DNA of 51,397 nt from Candidatus Copromonas avistercoris (nom. illeg.) (GCA_018713185.1 DVFQ01000072.1:1-51397), one strand, 5' to 3'. Positions 17,949-27,370 are shown, numbered from the stretch's first letter. Numbers and translations: made by a program. The notes: generated by a model from the letters alone, not told the origin.

Positions 17949-19285
17949 CGGAGGGTCAGGCGCGCCGGGAGATCCTGGAGGCGGTGGCCGAATACGCAAA
18001 AAAGTTTCATGAGCAGAAGAAAGAATTCCATGAGGGCGACCGGATTCCCTACGCGTCCCGGGTCTATGACCATGAGGAAATGGTGAATCTGGTGGACAGC
18101 GCTTTGGAGTTTTGGCTGACCTCGGGCCGCTACACCGAGGAGTTTGAGAAAAAGCTGGCGGATTATCTGAAGGTTCGCTACTGCTCTCTGGTCAATTCCG
18201 GTTCCTCGGCGAATTTGATCGCGTTTATGGCGTTGACTTCGCCGCTTTTGGGGGACAGGCGGATTGGCCGCGGCGACGAGGTTATTACCGTGGCGGCCGG
18301 ATTCCCGACGACAGTGACGCCGGCGATCCAGTATGGAGCGGTGCCGGTATTTGTGGATGTTGCGATCCCCCAGTATAATATTGACGTAACCAAGCTTGAG
18401 GCTGCCCTTTCGGAAAAGACGAAGGCGGTAATGTTGGCCCATACGCTGGGAAATCCCTTTGACCTGACGGCGGTAAAGGAGTTCTGCGACGCCCATGGTC
18501 TTTGGCTGGTGGAGGATAACTGCGACGCCCTGGGGACGGTCTATGAGCTGAAGGGAGAAAGAAAATTTACGGGAACCATCGGCGATATCGGCACCTCCAG
18601 CTTTTATCCGCCCCATCATATGACCATGGGTGAGGGCGGAGCGGTCTATACCGACAATCCGCTGTTAAATAAGATCATCCGCTCCTTTAGGGACTGGGGA
18701 CGGGACTGCGTCTGCCCGTCGGGACACGACAATGTCTGCGGCCACCGGTTCGACAGGCAGTACGGCGAGCTGCCGTTAGGATATGACCATAAATACGTAT
18801 ATTCCCATTTTGGATACAATCTGAAGGCGACGGATCTGCAGGCGGCCATCGGCTGCGCCCAACTGGATAAGTTCCCGTCCTTTGTGGAAAAGCGGCGCCA
18901 TAATTTCGCCCGTCTGTGGAAAAACCTGGAGGATACCCAGGACCAGCTGATCCTTCCGGCGGCGGCGGAGCATTCCGAGCCCAGCTGGTTCGGCTTTTTG
19001 ATCACCTGCCGGGAAGGCGTGGACCGGAACCGGCTGGTGCGGTATATTGAGAGCAAAGGCGTCCAGACCCGGATGCTGTTCGCGGGGAATCTGACGAAGC
19101 ATCCCTGCTTCGATGAGATGAGAAAAACCGGCGGGGGCTACCGGATCGCAGGCGGTCTGGAAAATACGGATCGGATCATGGCGGATACCTTCTGGATCGG
19201 CGTTTATCCGGGAATGACCGATGAGAAGATCGACTATATGGCCCGGGTGATCAAGGAAGGACTTTCGCAGCAGAAAGAGGGATAG
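17933..19285 (+). CDS. rfbH: CDP-6-deoxy-L-threo-D-glycero-4-hexulose-3-dehydrase (E1, RfbH/DdhC type; PMP and [2Fe-2S])
   Basis: DegT/DnrJ/EryC1 fold with His replacing the Schiff-base Lys (SFYPPHHMTMGEGG). Cys cluster DCVCPSGHDNVC (C-x-C-x7-C) is typical of E1. Confidence 0.88.
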   Translation: MFENMTEGQARREILEAVAEYAKKFHEQKKEFHEGDRIPYASRVYDHEEMVNLVDSALEFWLTSGRYTEEFEKKLADYLKVRYCSLVNSGSSANLIAFMALTSPLLGDRRIGRGDEVITVAAGFPTTVTPAIQYGAVPVFVDVAIPQYNIDVTKLEAALSEKTKAVMLAHTLGNPFDLTAVKEFCDAHGLWLVEDNCDALGTVYELKGERKFTGTIGDIGTSSFYPPHHMTMGEGGAVYTDNPLLNKIIRSFRDWGRDCVCPSGHDNVCGHRFDRQYGELPLGYDHKYVYSHFGYNLKATDLQAAIGCAQLDKFPSFVEKRRHNFARLWKNLEDTQDQLILPAAAEHSEPSWFGFLITCREGVDRNRLVRYIESKGVQTRMLFAGNLTKHPCFDEMRKTGGGYRIAGGLENTDRIMADTFWIGVYPGMTDEKIDYMARVIKEGLSQQKEG

Positions 19286-19290
19286 GGATT

Positions 19291-20136
19291 ATGGCACAGG
19301 CATCCTTTGACCTGACAAAGGTTCATCAGGCGAACTTAAAGATGTTAAAGGAGATCGACCGGATCTGCCGGAAATATAAGCTTCAGTATGCGCTGGACTC
19401 GGGAACGCTTTTAGGGGCGGTCCGCCACGGCGGATTTATTCCCTGGGACGACGACGCGGACGTGATGATGACCCGGAGCAACTATGAAAAGTTCGCGAAG
19501 GTGGCGAGACGGGAGCTGCCGGAAGGCATGTCCTTCGTGGAGCCCAATGAATATCACGGCGGGAAGGCGTTTTATGATTTCGTCTCCCGGGTGACCTACG
19601 ATAAGAGCCAGAAATTTGAGGAATCAAAGAAGATGGCGTTTTATGACGACAAGATCAGCCGCCTGTGCGTGGATATTTTTGTAACCGACGCGCTTCCGGC
19701 CGGTCCTGTCTCGAAACGGCTTACCAAGCTTTGCCATTGTATCGTGTACGGATTGGCCCTGGGCCATCGGTACGGGCTGTCCCTTTCAGACTATAAAGGA
19801 ATGATGAAGCTGTTCGTCTTTGTCCTTTCCTCTGTGGGGCGGCTGATCCCGTTTCCGGTGATCTACCGGTGTTGGCGCAGGCTTTGCTTAAAGGACCGGA
19901 AGAAAAATTATCCGCTTTATTTTTACAGCGGCTACGCGCCGGATTATTTTTATGTGGAGATGGAAAAGGACTGGGAGGACCAGGTGGAGGAAATGGAATT
20001 TGAAGACACGAAGTTTTACGTGCCCTCGGGATGGAAGCAGCTTTTGACCCAGCTTTACGGGGATTTCATGAAGCTTCCGCCTAAGGAGAAGCAGATTCCG
20101 GAGCATTCCGATATGGAGATACAGATTTATGAGTAA
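19291..20136 (+). CDS. LicD-family phosphotransferase
   Basis: DSGTLLGAVRHGGFIPWDDDADVMM is the hallmark LicD nucleotidyltransferase-fold motif. Confidence 0.85.
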   Translation: MAQASFDLTKVHQANLKMLKEIDRICRKYKLQYALDSGTLLGAVRHGGFIPWDDDADVMMTRSNYEKFAKVARRELPEGMSFVEPNEYHGGKAFYDFVSRVTYDKSQKFEESKKMAFYDDKISRLCVDIFVTDALPAGPVSKRLTKLCHCIVYGLALGHRYGLSLSDYKGMMKLFVFVLSSVGRLIPFPVIYRCWRRLCLKDRKKNYPLYFYSGYAPDYFYVEMEKDWEDQVEEMEFEDTKFYVPSGWKQLLTQLYGDFMKLPPKEKQIPEHSDMEIQIYE

Positions 20137-21085
20137 GCTGCTTTCCGTGGTGGTTTCCGTATATAACGAGGAGCCGGGACTGCGGGAATTTTATGAGGAA
20201 ACAGGAAAAATATTAAAGACGCTGCCAAAGCCCTGGGATTATGAGCTTTTATTTATCAACGACGGGAGCGCCGACGGCTCCCTTGCGGTTTTAAGGGAGT
20301 TCGCGGCAACGGACCCGAAGGTGAAGATCGTGAACTTTTCCCGCAATTTCGGTCATGAGGCGGCGATGATCGCCGGGATCGATTATGCGGCGGGAGATGG
20401 GATCGTCTGCATGGACGCGGATCTTCAGCACCCGCCGGAATGTATCCCGGAAATCCTAAAAAAGCTGGAAGAGGGATACCAGGTGATCAACATGGTCCGC
20501 ACCCGGAATAAGACGGCGGGATTTTTAAAGAACGTCACGTCTTCGGCTTTTTACCGGCTGATCAACTGTCTTTCCGACGTGAAATTCGAGGCCAACGCCT
20601 CTGATTTTTTTGCCGTCGGAAAAGAGGCGGCCCAGGTCTTAAGGAGCAGCTACCGGGAAAAGGTACGGTTCCTCAGAGGCTATGTGCAGAGCATCGGTTT
20701 TAAACGGACGACGCTGGAATATGAGGCCAGGCCGCGGTTTGCGGGAGAAAGTAAATACAGCATCCGCAGCCTCCTTAAATTTTCCATTAATACGATCCTC
20801 TGCTTTTCCGACCTGCCTTTAAAGCTTGGGATCTATTCCGGGGTCCTGGTGGCGCTATTCGGCCTGGCGGTGATGATCTATACGATCTACACCTGGGCCA
20901 AGTACGGGGCGCCCAGCGGATACGCGACTATCGTGGTGCTTTTGTCCTTTATGTTCGCGATGCTGTTCATCATTGTGGGAATTATCGGCGAGTATATCGC
21001 GATCCTGTTCGCGGAATTAAAGGACCGTCCGGTTTATATCGTGCAGGATACGGAAAACATTTCCGGCGGGAAGGAAAGGGATTAG
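20129..21085 (+). CDS. GT2 polyprenyl-phosphate glycosyltransferase (GtrB/ArnC/CsbB-like)
   Basis: LSVVVSVYNEE, INDGSADGS and DADLQHPPE motifs plus two C-terminal TM helices. The start overlaps the licD-like stop. Confidence 0.85.
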   Translation: MSKLLSVVVSVYNEEPGLREFYEETGKILKTLPKPWDYELLFINDGSADGSLAVLREFAATDPKVKIVNFSRNFGHEAAMIAGIDYAAGDGIVCMDADLQHPPECIPEILKKLEEGYQVINMVRTRNKTAGFLKNVTSSAFYRLINCLSDVKFEANASDFFAVGKEAAQVLRSSYREKVRFLRGYVQSIGFKRTTLEYEARPRFAGESKYSIRSLLKFSINTILCFSDLPLKLGIYSGVLVALFGLAVMIYTIYTWAKYGAPSGYATIVVLLSFMFAMLFIIVGIIGEYIAILFAELKDRPVYIVQDTENISGGKERD

Positions 21086-21164
21086 GAATCAATGGCCCTT
21101 GGCGGCCGGGCCTGGAAAAAGGTTACAAAATCTTGAAATTTTTATGACTTTTAAAAAAAAGGTA

Positions 21165-21193
21165 TTCAAAAACAGAGGGGAATCGTATATAAT
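21165..21193 (+). promoter_or_regulatory. Sigma-A type promoter for the lipoprotein gene
   Basis: TTCAAA (21165-21170), a 17 nt spacer, then TATAAT (21188-21193) in an A/T-rich spacer. Confidence 0.5.
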
Positions 21194-21260
21194 ACGGAAG
21201 TATGCAAGTCAGAAACGCAAACGAGACATAGAAGCGATTTCTTAAGGAGGATATCAGTTT

Positions 21261-21881
21261 ATGAAATTAATAAAGAAAATGACGGTACTTTCTCTGGCGG
21301 TCCTGGCCCTTGGCGGCTGTACCCAGAGCAGTATTTCTTCCAACGCCCCGGATATGGTTGAGGGTGTGGATCCGGCGAAGATGAACCAGGAGGAGGATGA
21401 GACGCTTCCCAGAGAAGAAAACATCCTGCTGGAGAATGAGGACGAGAAGGAGCCGGAGACCATGTATGAGTGGGAGCAGGTGACGGATGAAACCAACAGT
21501 CTGTTCCTGGATACGGATCTGTATCCCCTGGCCGCGGCCTTTAACTATACGGCGGATGAGGAAGCTTTGGCGATTTCCCTGGATTGGACGTTAAAGGACG
21601 GCGCGACGGAAGAGGACGCGATGGATTACGCCGTGGAGCTGGTAAAGAATTTTAACGACATTATCGCGGTCCAGACGACGGATCTGGAGGCATCCTCCGA
21701 TACTTCTTTCGGTTCCCTTTGGGATACCTTCTCCCTCGATCTTACGATCGATACGGAGGACGGAACGGTTCTTTTAGAGAAAAGCTACGGCGCGGGCGAG
21801 GAGATCGACCTGGTAATGCCGGAGTATAATGACGAAGGCCCGGAGCCGGTGGTAGAAGAGGACGTGCCGAAGAAGGCTTGA
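21261..21881 (+). CDS. Acidic secreted lipoprotein, unknown function
   Basis: Signal peptide with lipobox LALGGC. The mature part is very Asp/Glu-rich. Strong RBS AAGGAGG. Confidence 0.75.
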   Translation: MKLIKKMTVLSLAVLALGGCTQSSISSNAPDMVEGVDPAKMNQEEDETLPREENILLENEDEKEPETMYEWEQVTDETNSLFLDTDLYPLAAAFNYTADEEALAISLDWTLKDGATEEDAMDYAVELVKNFNDIIAVQTTDLEASSDTSFGSLWDTFSLDLTIDTEDGTVLLEKSYGAGEEIDLVMPEYNDEGPEPVVEEDVPKKA

Positions 21882-21951
21882 TGGGAAGCAGGAAAGATAC
21901 GGCAGCAAGCGATAAAGGATACGATAGAAAACAATATGGAATACGATAAGA

Positions 21952-21990
21952 TCAGCGCGGAACGCTCCGAAGAAGGAGGCTCCGCGCTGA
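21952..21990. terminator. Hairpin between convergent genes (putative bidirectional terminator)
   Basis: TCAGCGCGGA...TCCGCGCTGA is a 10-bp outer stem enclosing an inner GCTCC/GGAGG(C) pairing. It sits between the 21881 stop and the 22009 stop. Confidence 0.5.
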
Positions 21991-22008
21991 CTTTATTGAG
22001 AACAAATT

Positions 22009-22713
22009 TTATCTGCACTGATTTACGAAATACTCGAACATCGGAAGGGAATCCACACAGTTTTTCGGATTGGTAACCGGTCCGGTCATCCGCTCCGGGT
22101 GCCACTGGACAGCCCAGATGGGAAGAGACTCATGCTCTACGGCCTCTACGATCTGGTGTCCGTTGGAATCGGACCAGGCGGTAGCCACCAGGCAGGAAGC
22201 CAGCTGATCAAGAGCCTGATGATGGTAGCTGTTGATCTCCATGGATTCGCCGAAGAGCTTTCCAAGGATGGAATCCTTCTTTAAGGTGCAAGGATGGCAG
22301 ACGCCCTTGGCGTGGTCGCCGCCGATCTGATCCGGGATATCCTGATAAAGGGTTCCGCCGAAGTAGGCGTTAAGAACCTGGATGCCGCGGCAGATGCCCC
22401 AGATCGGTTTCTTCTTTTCGATGAACGCCTTTACTAACTTCCATTCCAGGTCGTCTCTCTGCTTATCCATGATCACAAAGTCATATTTCAGTTCCTGTCC
22501 GTAAAGGGCCGGATCCACATCTTTTCCTCCGCTTAAAAGCAGGCCGTCCGCCAGTTCGGCATAGGCTTTGGCGTTGTCGTTATTGACGGCAAGGATCGGA
22601 AGACCGCCCGCGCGCACGATATTGTCCGCGTAATTCTGGTTTAAGTTCCAGGTGGGGGTTCCGTTTGCGGCGGCGCCTGTGCCGCCGGTAATAAGAATCA
22701 GTGGCTGTTTCAT
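22009..22713 (-). CDS. Class I glutamine amidotransferase-like, peptidase C26 / gamma-glutamyl-GABA hydrolase family
   Basis: GICRGIQVLN nucleophile elbow and WAVQWHPE His-Glu motif. Confidence 0.8.
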   Translation of the reverse strand: MKQPLILITGGTGAAANGTPTWNLNQNYADNIVRAGGLPILAVNNDNAKAYAELADGLLLSGGKDVDPALYGQELKYDFVIMDKQRDDLEWKLVKAFIEKKKPIWGICRGIQVLNAYFGGTLYQDIPDQIGGDHAKGVCHPCTLKKDSILGKLFGESMEINSYHHQALDQLASCLVATAWSDSNGHQIVEAVEHESLPIWAVQWHPERMTGPVTNPKNCVDSLPMFEYFVNQCR

Positions 22714-22794
22714 TTCATAATCTCCTTTTCCTTTAAATAGTTTTGCTGATGATATGATCAGAAGTCAAAGGGCCTTTGACTTTGATAGCATAGG

Positions 22795-23787
22795 TTATGC
22801 GCCCGCGTCCAGGCCGCTGTGGTAGGAATAATTTCCCAGCTCCGCCAAAAACCTTCCGGCGGCCGCCTCTTTTTCGCTGTCCTCGCAGGTGAGGAGCGTG
22901 TTTAAATGGAAATAGACCATACTGCATTTCTGGAGCGTCTGGTGGTAGAGATCCAGGAAGGAAGCCCTGGAAGCAAGGCTCTTATTCCAGGGATTGGTCC
23001 AGACCTCATGATCCAGGTTTAGGGTTTTCCGCACCTGGGTCGGCGCCGCGTCGGTAACGACCTTTTTCGAGGCGATATGATTGCGCAGGAACATGGTTTC
23101 CATCACATTTAAAAAGCTTTGCTTGCGTCCTTCCGGATCTGAGAGGATCCGTCCGCCGAAGCGTATGGCGTAAATGGAGCGGAATACCATGCCGTCGGTC
23201 ACCTGGAAATTGTTCCGCTCGGAAATCTGGTAGTACGTATCATTGATGCAGAGGCTTAAAAGGTGGGAAATAAACTGCATCTCCTGGCCGTTTAAGCAGA
23301 TGGTGGCGGACTGGTTAAATTCCGACGGCTTTTTCTTTTTGAACTTCCGAAGAAGCAGGGCGTCGATGTCGTTTTCCAGCTCCGCGTGAAGACCGTGGAA
23401 ACGGGACGCTTTTCCGTCGGTCTGGTATTGGATCCGGCCGTAGACAAAGGGGTGGCAGATGGAATCCGCCGCGTAGTGGCAGAGAAAACCGGCCAGATAG
23501 GATATGGCCTGCTCCCTTTGCTGCTTGGGCTTGATCTCCGCCAGCCGCTTCAGATAGTTTTGGAAAAATCGGTTCACATGGTATTCGTGCATGTGGGAGC
23601 CTACGTTCCGATAGTCCCGGTGCCGCAGGATCGGGATATTGTAGAAAAAAATATCCGGCCCCTGGAGGCCCAGCTGATAAAGCCAGCGGTATTTGGAAAT
23701 CACGTGCTTTAGATAATTGTTGGGAAGGTCGTTATAGGCCTTGACTCCAAACAGATAATGGGTAGTAAATCCAGGCAGGAGTATCAC
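22795..23787 (-). CDS. Zinc-dependent phospholipase C-like family protein
   Basis: N-terminal GFTTHYLFG and several His-rich motifs (HMHEYH, CHYAADSICHPF). The start is a GTG with a poor RBS, so the 5' end is uncertain. Confidence 0.6.
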   Translation of the reverse strand: MILLPGFTTHYLFGVKAYNDLPNNYLKHVISKYRWLYQLGLQGPDIFFYNIPILRHRDYRNVGSHMHEYHVNRFFQNYLKRLAEIKPKQQREQAISYLAGFLCHYAADSICHPFVYGRIQYQTDGKASRFHGLHAELENDIDALLLRKFKKKKPSEFNQSATICLNGQEMQFISHLLSLCINDTYYQISERNNFQVTDGMVFRSIYAIRFGGRILSDPEGRKQSFLNVMETMFLRNHIASKKVVTDAAPTQVRKTLNLDHEVWTNPWNKSLASRASFLDLYHQTLQKCSMVYFHLNTLLTCEDSEKEAAAGRFLAELGNYSYHSGLDAGA

Positions 23788-23912
23788 CCCCTATACAGAC
23801 AGTAAAATATTAAAAGAACATCCATTTCGCTCTAACAGTATATCATATCCGGAGGGAAATTGGAATAAGACATAAGGAGAAAACTGGGGATTCTGGAGGG
23901 GAGTCGAAACCA

Positions 23913-25244
23913 ATGGAGCTGATTCATGAAATTGTATGGGGGCCGGCCATGCTTTTCTTATTTCTCTTTACGGGCGCGCTGTATATGGTCCGTCTTCGCG
24001 GGTTCCCGCTTCTTGGCTTTTTCCAATGGTGGAGAGCGACGGCGGGAAGCCTTAGGAAAGCCGGAGAAAACAGAAACGGCGGGATTTCCCAGTTCCAGTC
24101 CGCCTGCACAGCGCTTGCGGCTACGATCGGAACGGGAAACATTACGGGCGTGGCGACCGCCCTTTTGGCCGGAGGCCCGGGAGCCGTATTCTGGATGTGG
24201 GTTTCCGCCTTTTTAGGGATGGCGACGGCATACGGGGAAACGGAACTGGGAATCCGCTATCGCCGGCCGGCAAAGAACGGCGGCTGGGCGTCGGGGCCGA
24301 TGCTTTATCTGGAACAGGGGATGAAATGTCCGGCCCTTGGGATCCTGTATGCGTTTTTCTGCATGGCCGCGTCCTTTGGGATGGGCAGCATGGTGCAGGC
24401 CAACGCCATCTCTGAAAGCCTGGGATTTGCCTTCGATCTTCCCGCCGGATTCATCGGGCTTGTCCTTGCGGTCCTTTCCGGCCGGATCCTGTTCGGCGGG
24501 ATCGGGAAGATCGCAGGAGTCGCCGCGCGGCTGGTGCCGGTCTCCGCGCTTTTATATATGGCCGCCGCGCTGGGCGTTTTGTTTGTGTACCGGGAAAACC
24601 TGGTTTCCTCGTTTGTCCTGATCTTAACAGACGCATTTTCCTTTCACAGCGCGGCCGGAGGCGCTTTGGGATACGGGATCAGCCGGGCGGTGCGGTATGG
24701 GATCGCCCGGGGCGTGTTTTCCAATGAGGCGGGGCTGGGAAGCATGGCAATCTTGAACGGAGGCGTTGGGGAAGCGGCGCCGGGCAGTCAAGGACAATGG
24801 GCGATTTTCGAGGTATTTTTTGATACGATCATCAGCTGCACTTTGACGGCTCTTGTGATTCTCTGCGTGATGGGAGAGGAACTGGGACGCTTTTGGGGAA
24901 ACGGCGCGGACCTGACCGGCTTCTGCTTCGCGGAGGGGTTAGGAAATCCGGGAGGCTACGCGGTGTCGGTCTGCGTTACCCTGTTTGCCTTCGCAACGAT
25001 CATTGCCTGGTATTATATGGGAAAGCAGTCGGCGGACTATCTGGGAGAGGCGTTTGGGATCGACCTTTCCTATCCGTATCTTTGTTTTTACCTGGCGGCC
25101 GTGTTTGTGGGAAGCTTAGGGCCCATGGAACAGGTATGGGGATTGTCGGACATTTTTAACGGCCTTATGGCGGTCCCCAATCTCATCGCGCTGATCGTTT
25201 TGTCGGGAACCATATGCCGTCCCAAACCGCCTGCTCATTCATAA
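23913..25244 (+). CDS. Alanine/glycine:cation symporter (AGCS family)
   Basis: 443 aa polytopic protein. GISQFQSACTALAATIGTGNITGVATAL and FSNEAGLGS motifs are characteristic of AGCS transporters. Confidence 0.85.
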   Translation: MELIHEIVWGPAMLFLFLFTGALYMVRLRGFPLLGFFQWWRATAGSLRKAGENRNGGISQFQSACTALAATIGTGNITGVATALLAGGPGAVFWMWVSAFLGMATAYGETELGIRYRRPAKNGGWASGPMLYLEQGMKCPALGILYAFFCMAASFGMGSMVQANAISESLGFAFDLPAGFIGLVLAVLSGRILFGGIGKIAGVAARLVPVSALLYMAAALGVLFVYRENLVSSFVLILTDAFSFHSAAGGALGYGISRAVRYGIARGVFSNEAGLGSMAILNGGVGEAAPGSQGQWAIFEVFFDTIISCTLTALVILCVMGEELGRFWGNGADLTGFCFAEGLGNPGGYAVSVCVTLFAFATIIAWYYMGKQSADYLGEAFGIDLSYPYLCFYLAAVFVGSLGPMEQVWGLSDIFNGLMAVPNLIALIVLSGTICRPKPPAHS

Positions 25245-25436
25245 ATTGTTCAAATTCTTTTTAAAATTCTTTCACACAATTCACATGATTTCTTCATGTT
25301 TTGTGGATATCATATAACCATAAACAGAGAAACATCCGTAGAGATGCTGCTTATAAGATTTTTTTCATAATACTCGGGCTGATAATGAAAGTTATCAGCT
25401 CTCCTCCCTTTTTCAAATAATCATTTTGTTGAAAGA

Positions 25437-25460
25437 AGCGCCTGGAAGGGCGCTTTTTTC
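25437..25460 (+). terminator. Intrinsic terminator in the A/T-rich spacer
   Basis: AGCGCC-tggaag-GGCGCT stem followed by TTTTTC. Confidence 0.6.
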
Positions 25461-25555
25461 GTTGCGGTGAGAGGCTCGCACCCCATGAAACAAAAACTTT
25501 AGGAATGCGATCAATTATACCCTTTTTTAATTGGGTATAATGGGGTATAATAGGG

Positions 25556-27370
25556 ATGAAGGGGGTGTTTTTTGTGGATCAGAATGAGATAAAGGCCAGG
25601 ATTGCGGATCTGGAAAAACAAATTGCCGCTTTGCCGGCAGGCTCTGTCACCAAGAAAATGATCAGAGGCAAACTCTATTTTTACCACCGCTGGACTGAAA
25701 ATAAAAAACGCCGCGAAAAATATATTCCTGCCGGGGAAGAAGCGAATTTCCGCTCCCAGATCCAGCTGCGAAAGACTTTGGAGAAAGAGAGGAAAGCGCT
25801 GCTGGGACAGCTGGAAAAAGAAACGATACCGGCGGCAGAGAGCCCGGATTATATGACCAATGTCTATTTTGGAGAAGCGCTTCGTCCCTTTGCCGCTTCG
25901 GTTCAGCGGTATAAAAAAAGAGAATGCTTCCAGTGCCTCCATGATTTTGTTTATGGAGAAGCCCAGGATAAGGTAATGATCCTTTACGGCTTGCGCCGGA
26001 CGGGGGAAACGACGATGATCCGTCAGATTTTTTCGGAAATGAGCGATGAGGAATTGTCGCGAACCGCGTTTATTCAAATTATAGCGAAGAATACGCTGGC
26101 CGAGGTGAACCATGATCTTAGGCTGCTGGGACAGCAAGGGTTTGGCTGGGTGTTTCTGGACGAGGTGACGCTGATGGAGGACTTTATCGAGGGGGCGGCG
26201 CTGTTTTCGGATGTGTTTGCCGCCCGGGGAATGAAGATCGTTCTATCCGGCACGGATTCATTGGGCTTTTTGTTTACGGAGGACGAACAGCTTTATGACC
26301 GCTGCTTTCTGCTCCATACAACATGGATCCCGTATCGTGAATTTGAATCCGTATTAGGCATTCACGGCATCGATGAATACATTCGCTATGGCGGCACCAT
26401 GAGTCTGGGCGGCGTTCATTATAATGAAACTTCGACGTTTGCCAATAAAGAGAGCGCTGATGAATATGTGGATACGGCAATCGCCCGCAACATCCAGCAT
26501 TCCCTCCGCTGCTATCAGTACGAAGGCCATTTTCGAGGCTTGAGGGATTTGTATGAGCATGGCGAGCTGACCAGCGCGATCAACCGCGTTGTAGAAGATC
26601 TCAACCACCGGTTTACCTTAGAGGTGCTTACGCGCAGCTTCCGTTCCCATGATCTGGCAGTCTCGGCCGGCAATCTGAGAAGGGACCGGGAGCATCCGAC
26701 GGATATCCTAGACCGGATCGACCTGGCTGAGGTAACAGAGCGGTTAAGGCAGCTGCTGGAAATCCGAAACCGGGAGGAGCAGACCGTAAAGCTGGATGAA
26801 GCCCATGGGGCAGAAATCAAAGAATATTTGGATCTTTTGGATCTGACCCGGGAGATTGAGATTCGGTATCTGCCGGATGTCAACCGAAAGTCCAGCCGCA
26901 CGGTCATTGCGCAGCCAGGACTCCGTTATGCGCAGGCGGATGCGCTGATCCGAAGCCTTTTATTGGATCAAACCTTCAGCGCGTTATCTTTGCCGGAGCG
27001 AATGGCGGTTCAAGAAAGGATTTTAACGGAGATCAAAGGAAGGATGCTGGAGGATATTGTCCTTTTGGAAACAAGCATGGCGAATCCTAAAAAACAGGTA
27101 TTTGTGCTGCAGTTTCCAGTAGGGGAGTTCGATATGGCTGTGTTTGATCCCGAGGAAGGCTCCTGCCAGATTTTCGAGATCAAGCACAGTACCCAGGCTG
27201 TTTCGTCCCAGTACCGCCATTTGACCGATCCGGAAAAATGCGCGCAGGCGGAGCACCGTTATGGGCCGATTACTGGAAAATTTGTTTTATACCGCGGAAA
27301 GAATCAGCAGATGGATGGAGTGCAGTATCAAAATGTGGAAGAATATCTGAGGAATCTTTCGTGTATCTGA
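25556..27370 (+). CDS. AAA(AAA_14)/DUF4143-like ATPase with N-terminal coiled-coil extension and C-terminal PD-(D/E)xK-like motif
   Basis: Walker A-like GLRRTGETT (Lys replaced by Glu), Walker B VFLDEV, C-terminal FDMAVF...IFEIKHS. An alternative GTG start at 25574 lies 9 nt after AAGGGGG. Confidence 0.7.
   Translation: MKGVFFVDQNEIKARIADLEKQIAALPAGSVTKKMIRGKLYFYHRWTENKKRREKYIPAGEEANFRSQIQLRKTLEKERKALLGQLEKETIPAAESPDYMTNVYFGEALRPFAASVQRYKKRECFQCLHDFVYGEAQDKVMILYGLRRTGETTMIRQIFSEMSDEELSRTAFIQIIAKNTLAEVNHDLRLLGQQGFGWVFLDEVTLMEDFIEGAALFSDVFAARGMKIVLSGTDSLGFLFTEDEQLYDRCFLLHTTWIPYREFESVLGIHGIDEYIRYGGTMSLGGVHYNETSTFANKESADEYVDTAIARNIQHSLRCYQYEGHFRGLRDLYEHGELTSAINRVVEDLNHRFTLEVLTRSFRSHDLAVSAGNLRRDREHPTDILDRIDLAEVTERLRQLLEIRNREEQTVKLDEAHGAEIKEYLDLLDLTREIEIRYLPDVNRKSSRTVIAQPGLRYAQADALIRSLLLDQTFSALSLPERMAVQERILTEIKGRMLEDIVLLETSMANPKKQVFVLQFPVGEFDMAVFDPEEGSCQIFEIKHSTQAVSSQYRHLTDPEKCAQAEHRYGPITGKFVLYRGKNQQMDGVQYQNVEEYLRNLSCI

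Noticed and set aside
17639-18619. 326-aa minus-strand ORF (and the 17274-17999 ORF) opposite rfbG/rfbH
   Set aside because: These are shadow frames of strongly supported CDP-sugar genes. They are Arg/Gly/Pro-rich with no recognisable motifs.
25245-25436. Small ORFs or an sRNA in the A/T-rich spacer after the AGCS gene (for example 23-aa MFCGYHITINRETSVEMLLIRFFS, and the hairpin GCTGATAA-tgaaag-TTATCAGC)
   Set aside because: There is no RBS and no recognisable peptide or riboswitch motif. The hairpins alone are insufficient. I noted the region only as part of the atypical-composition island.
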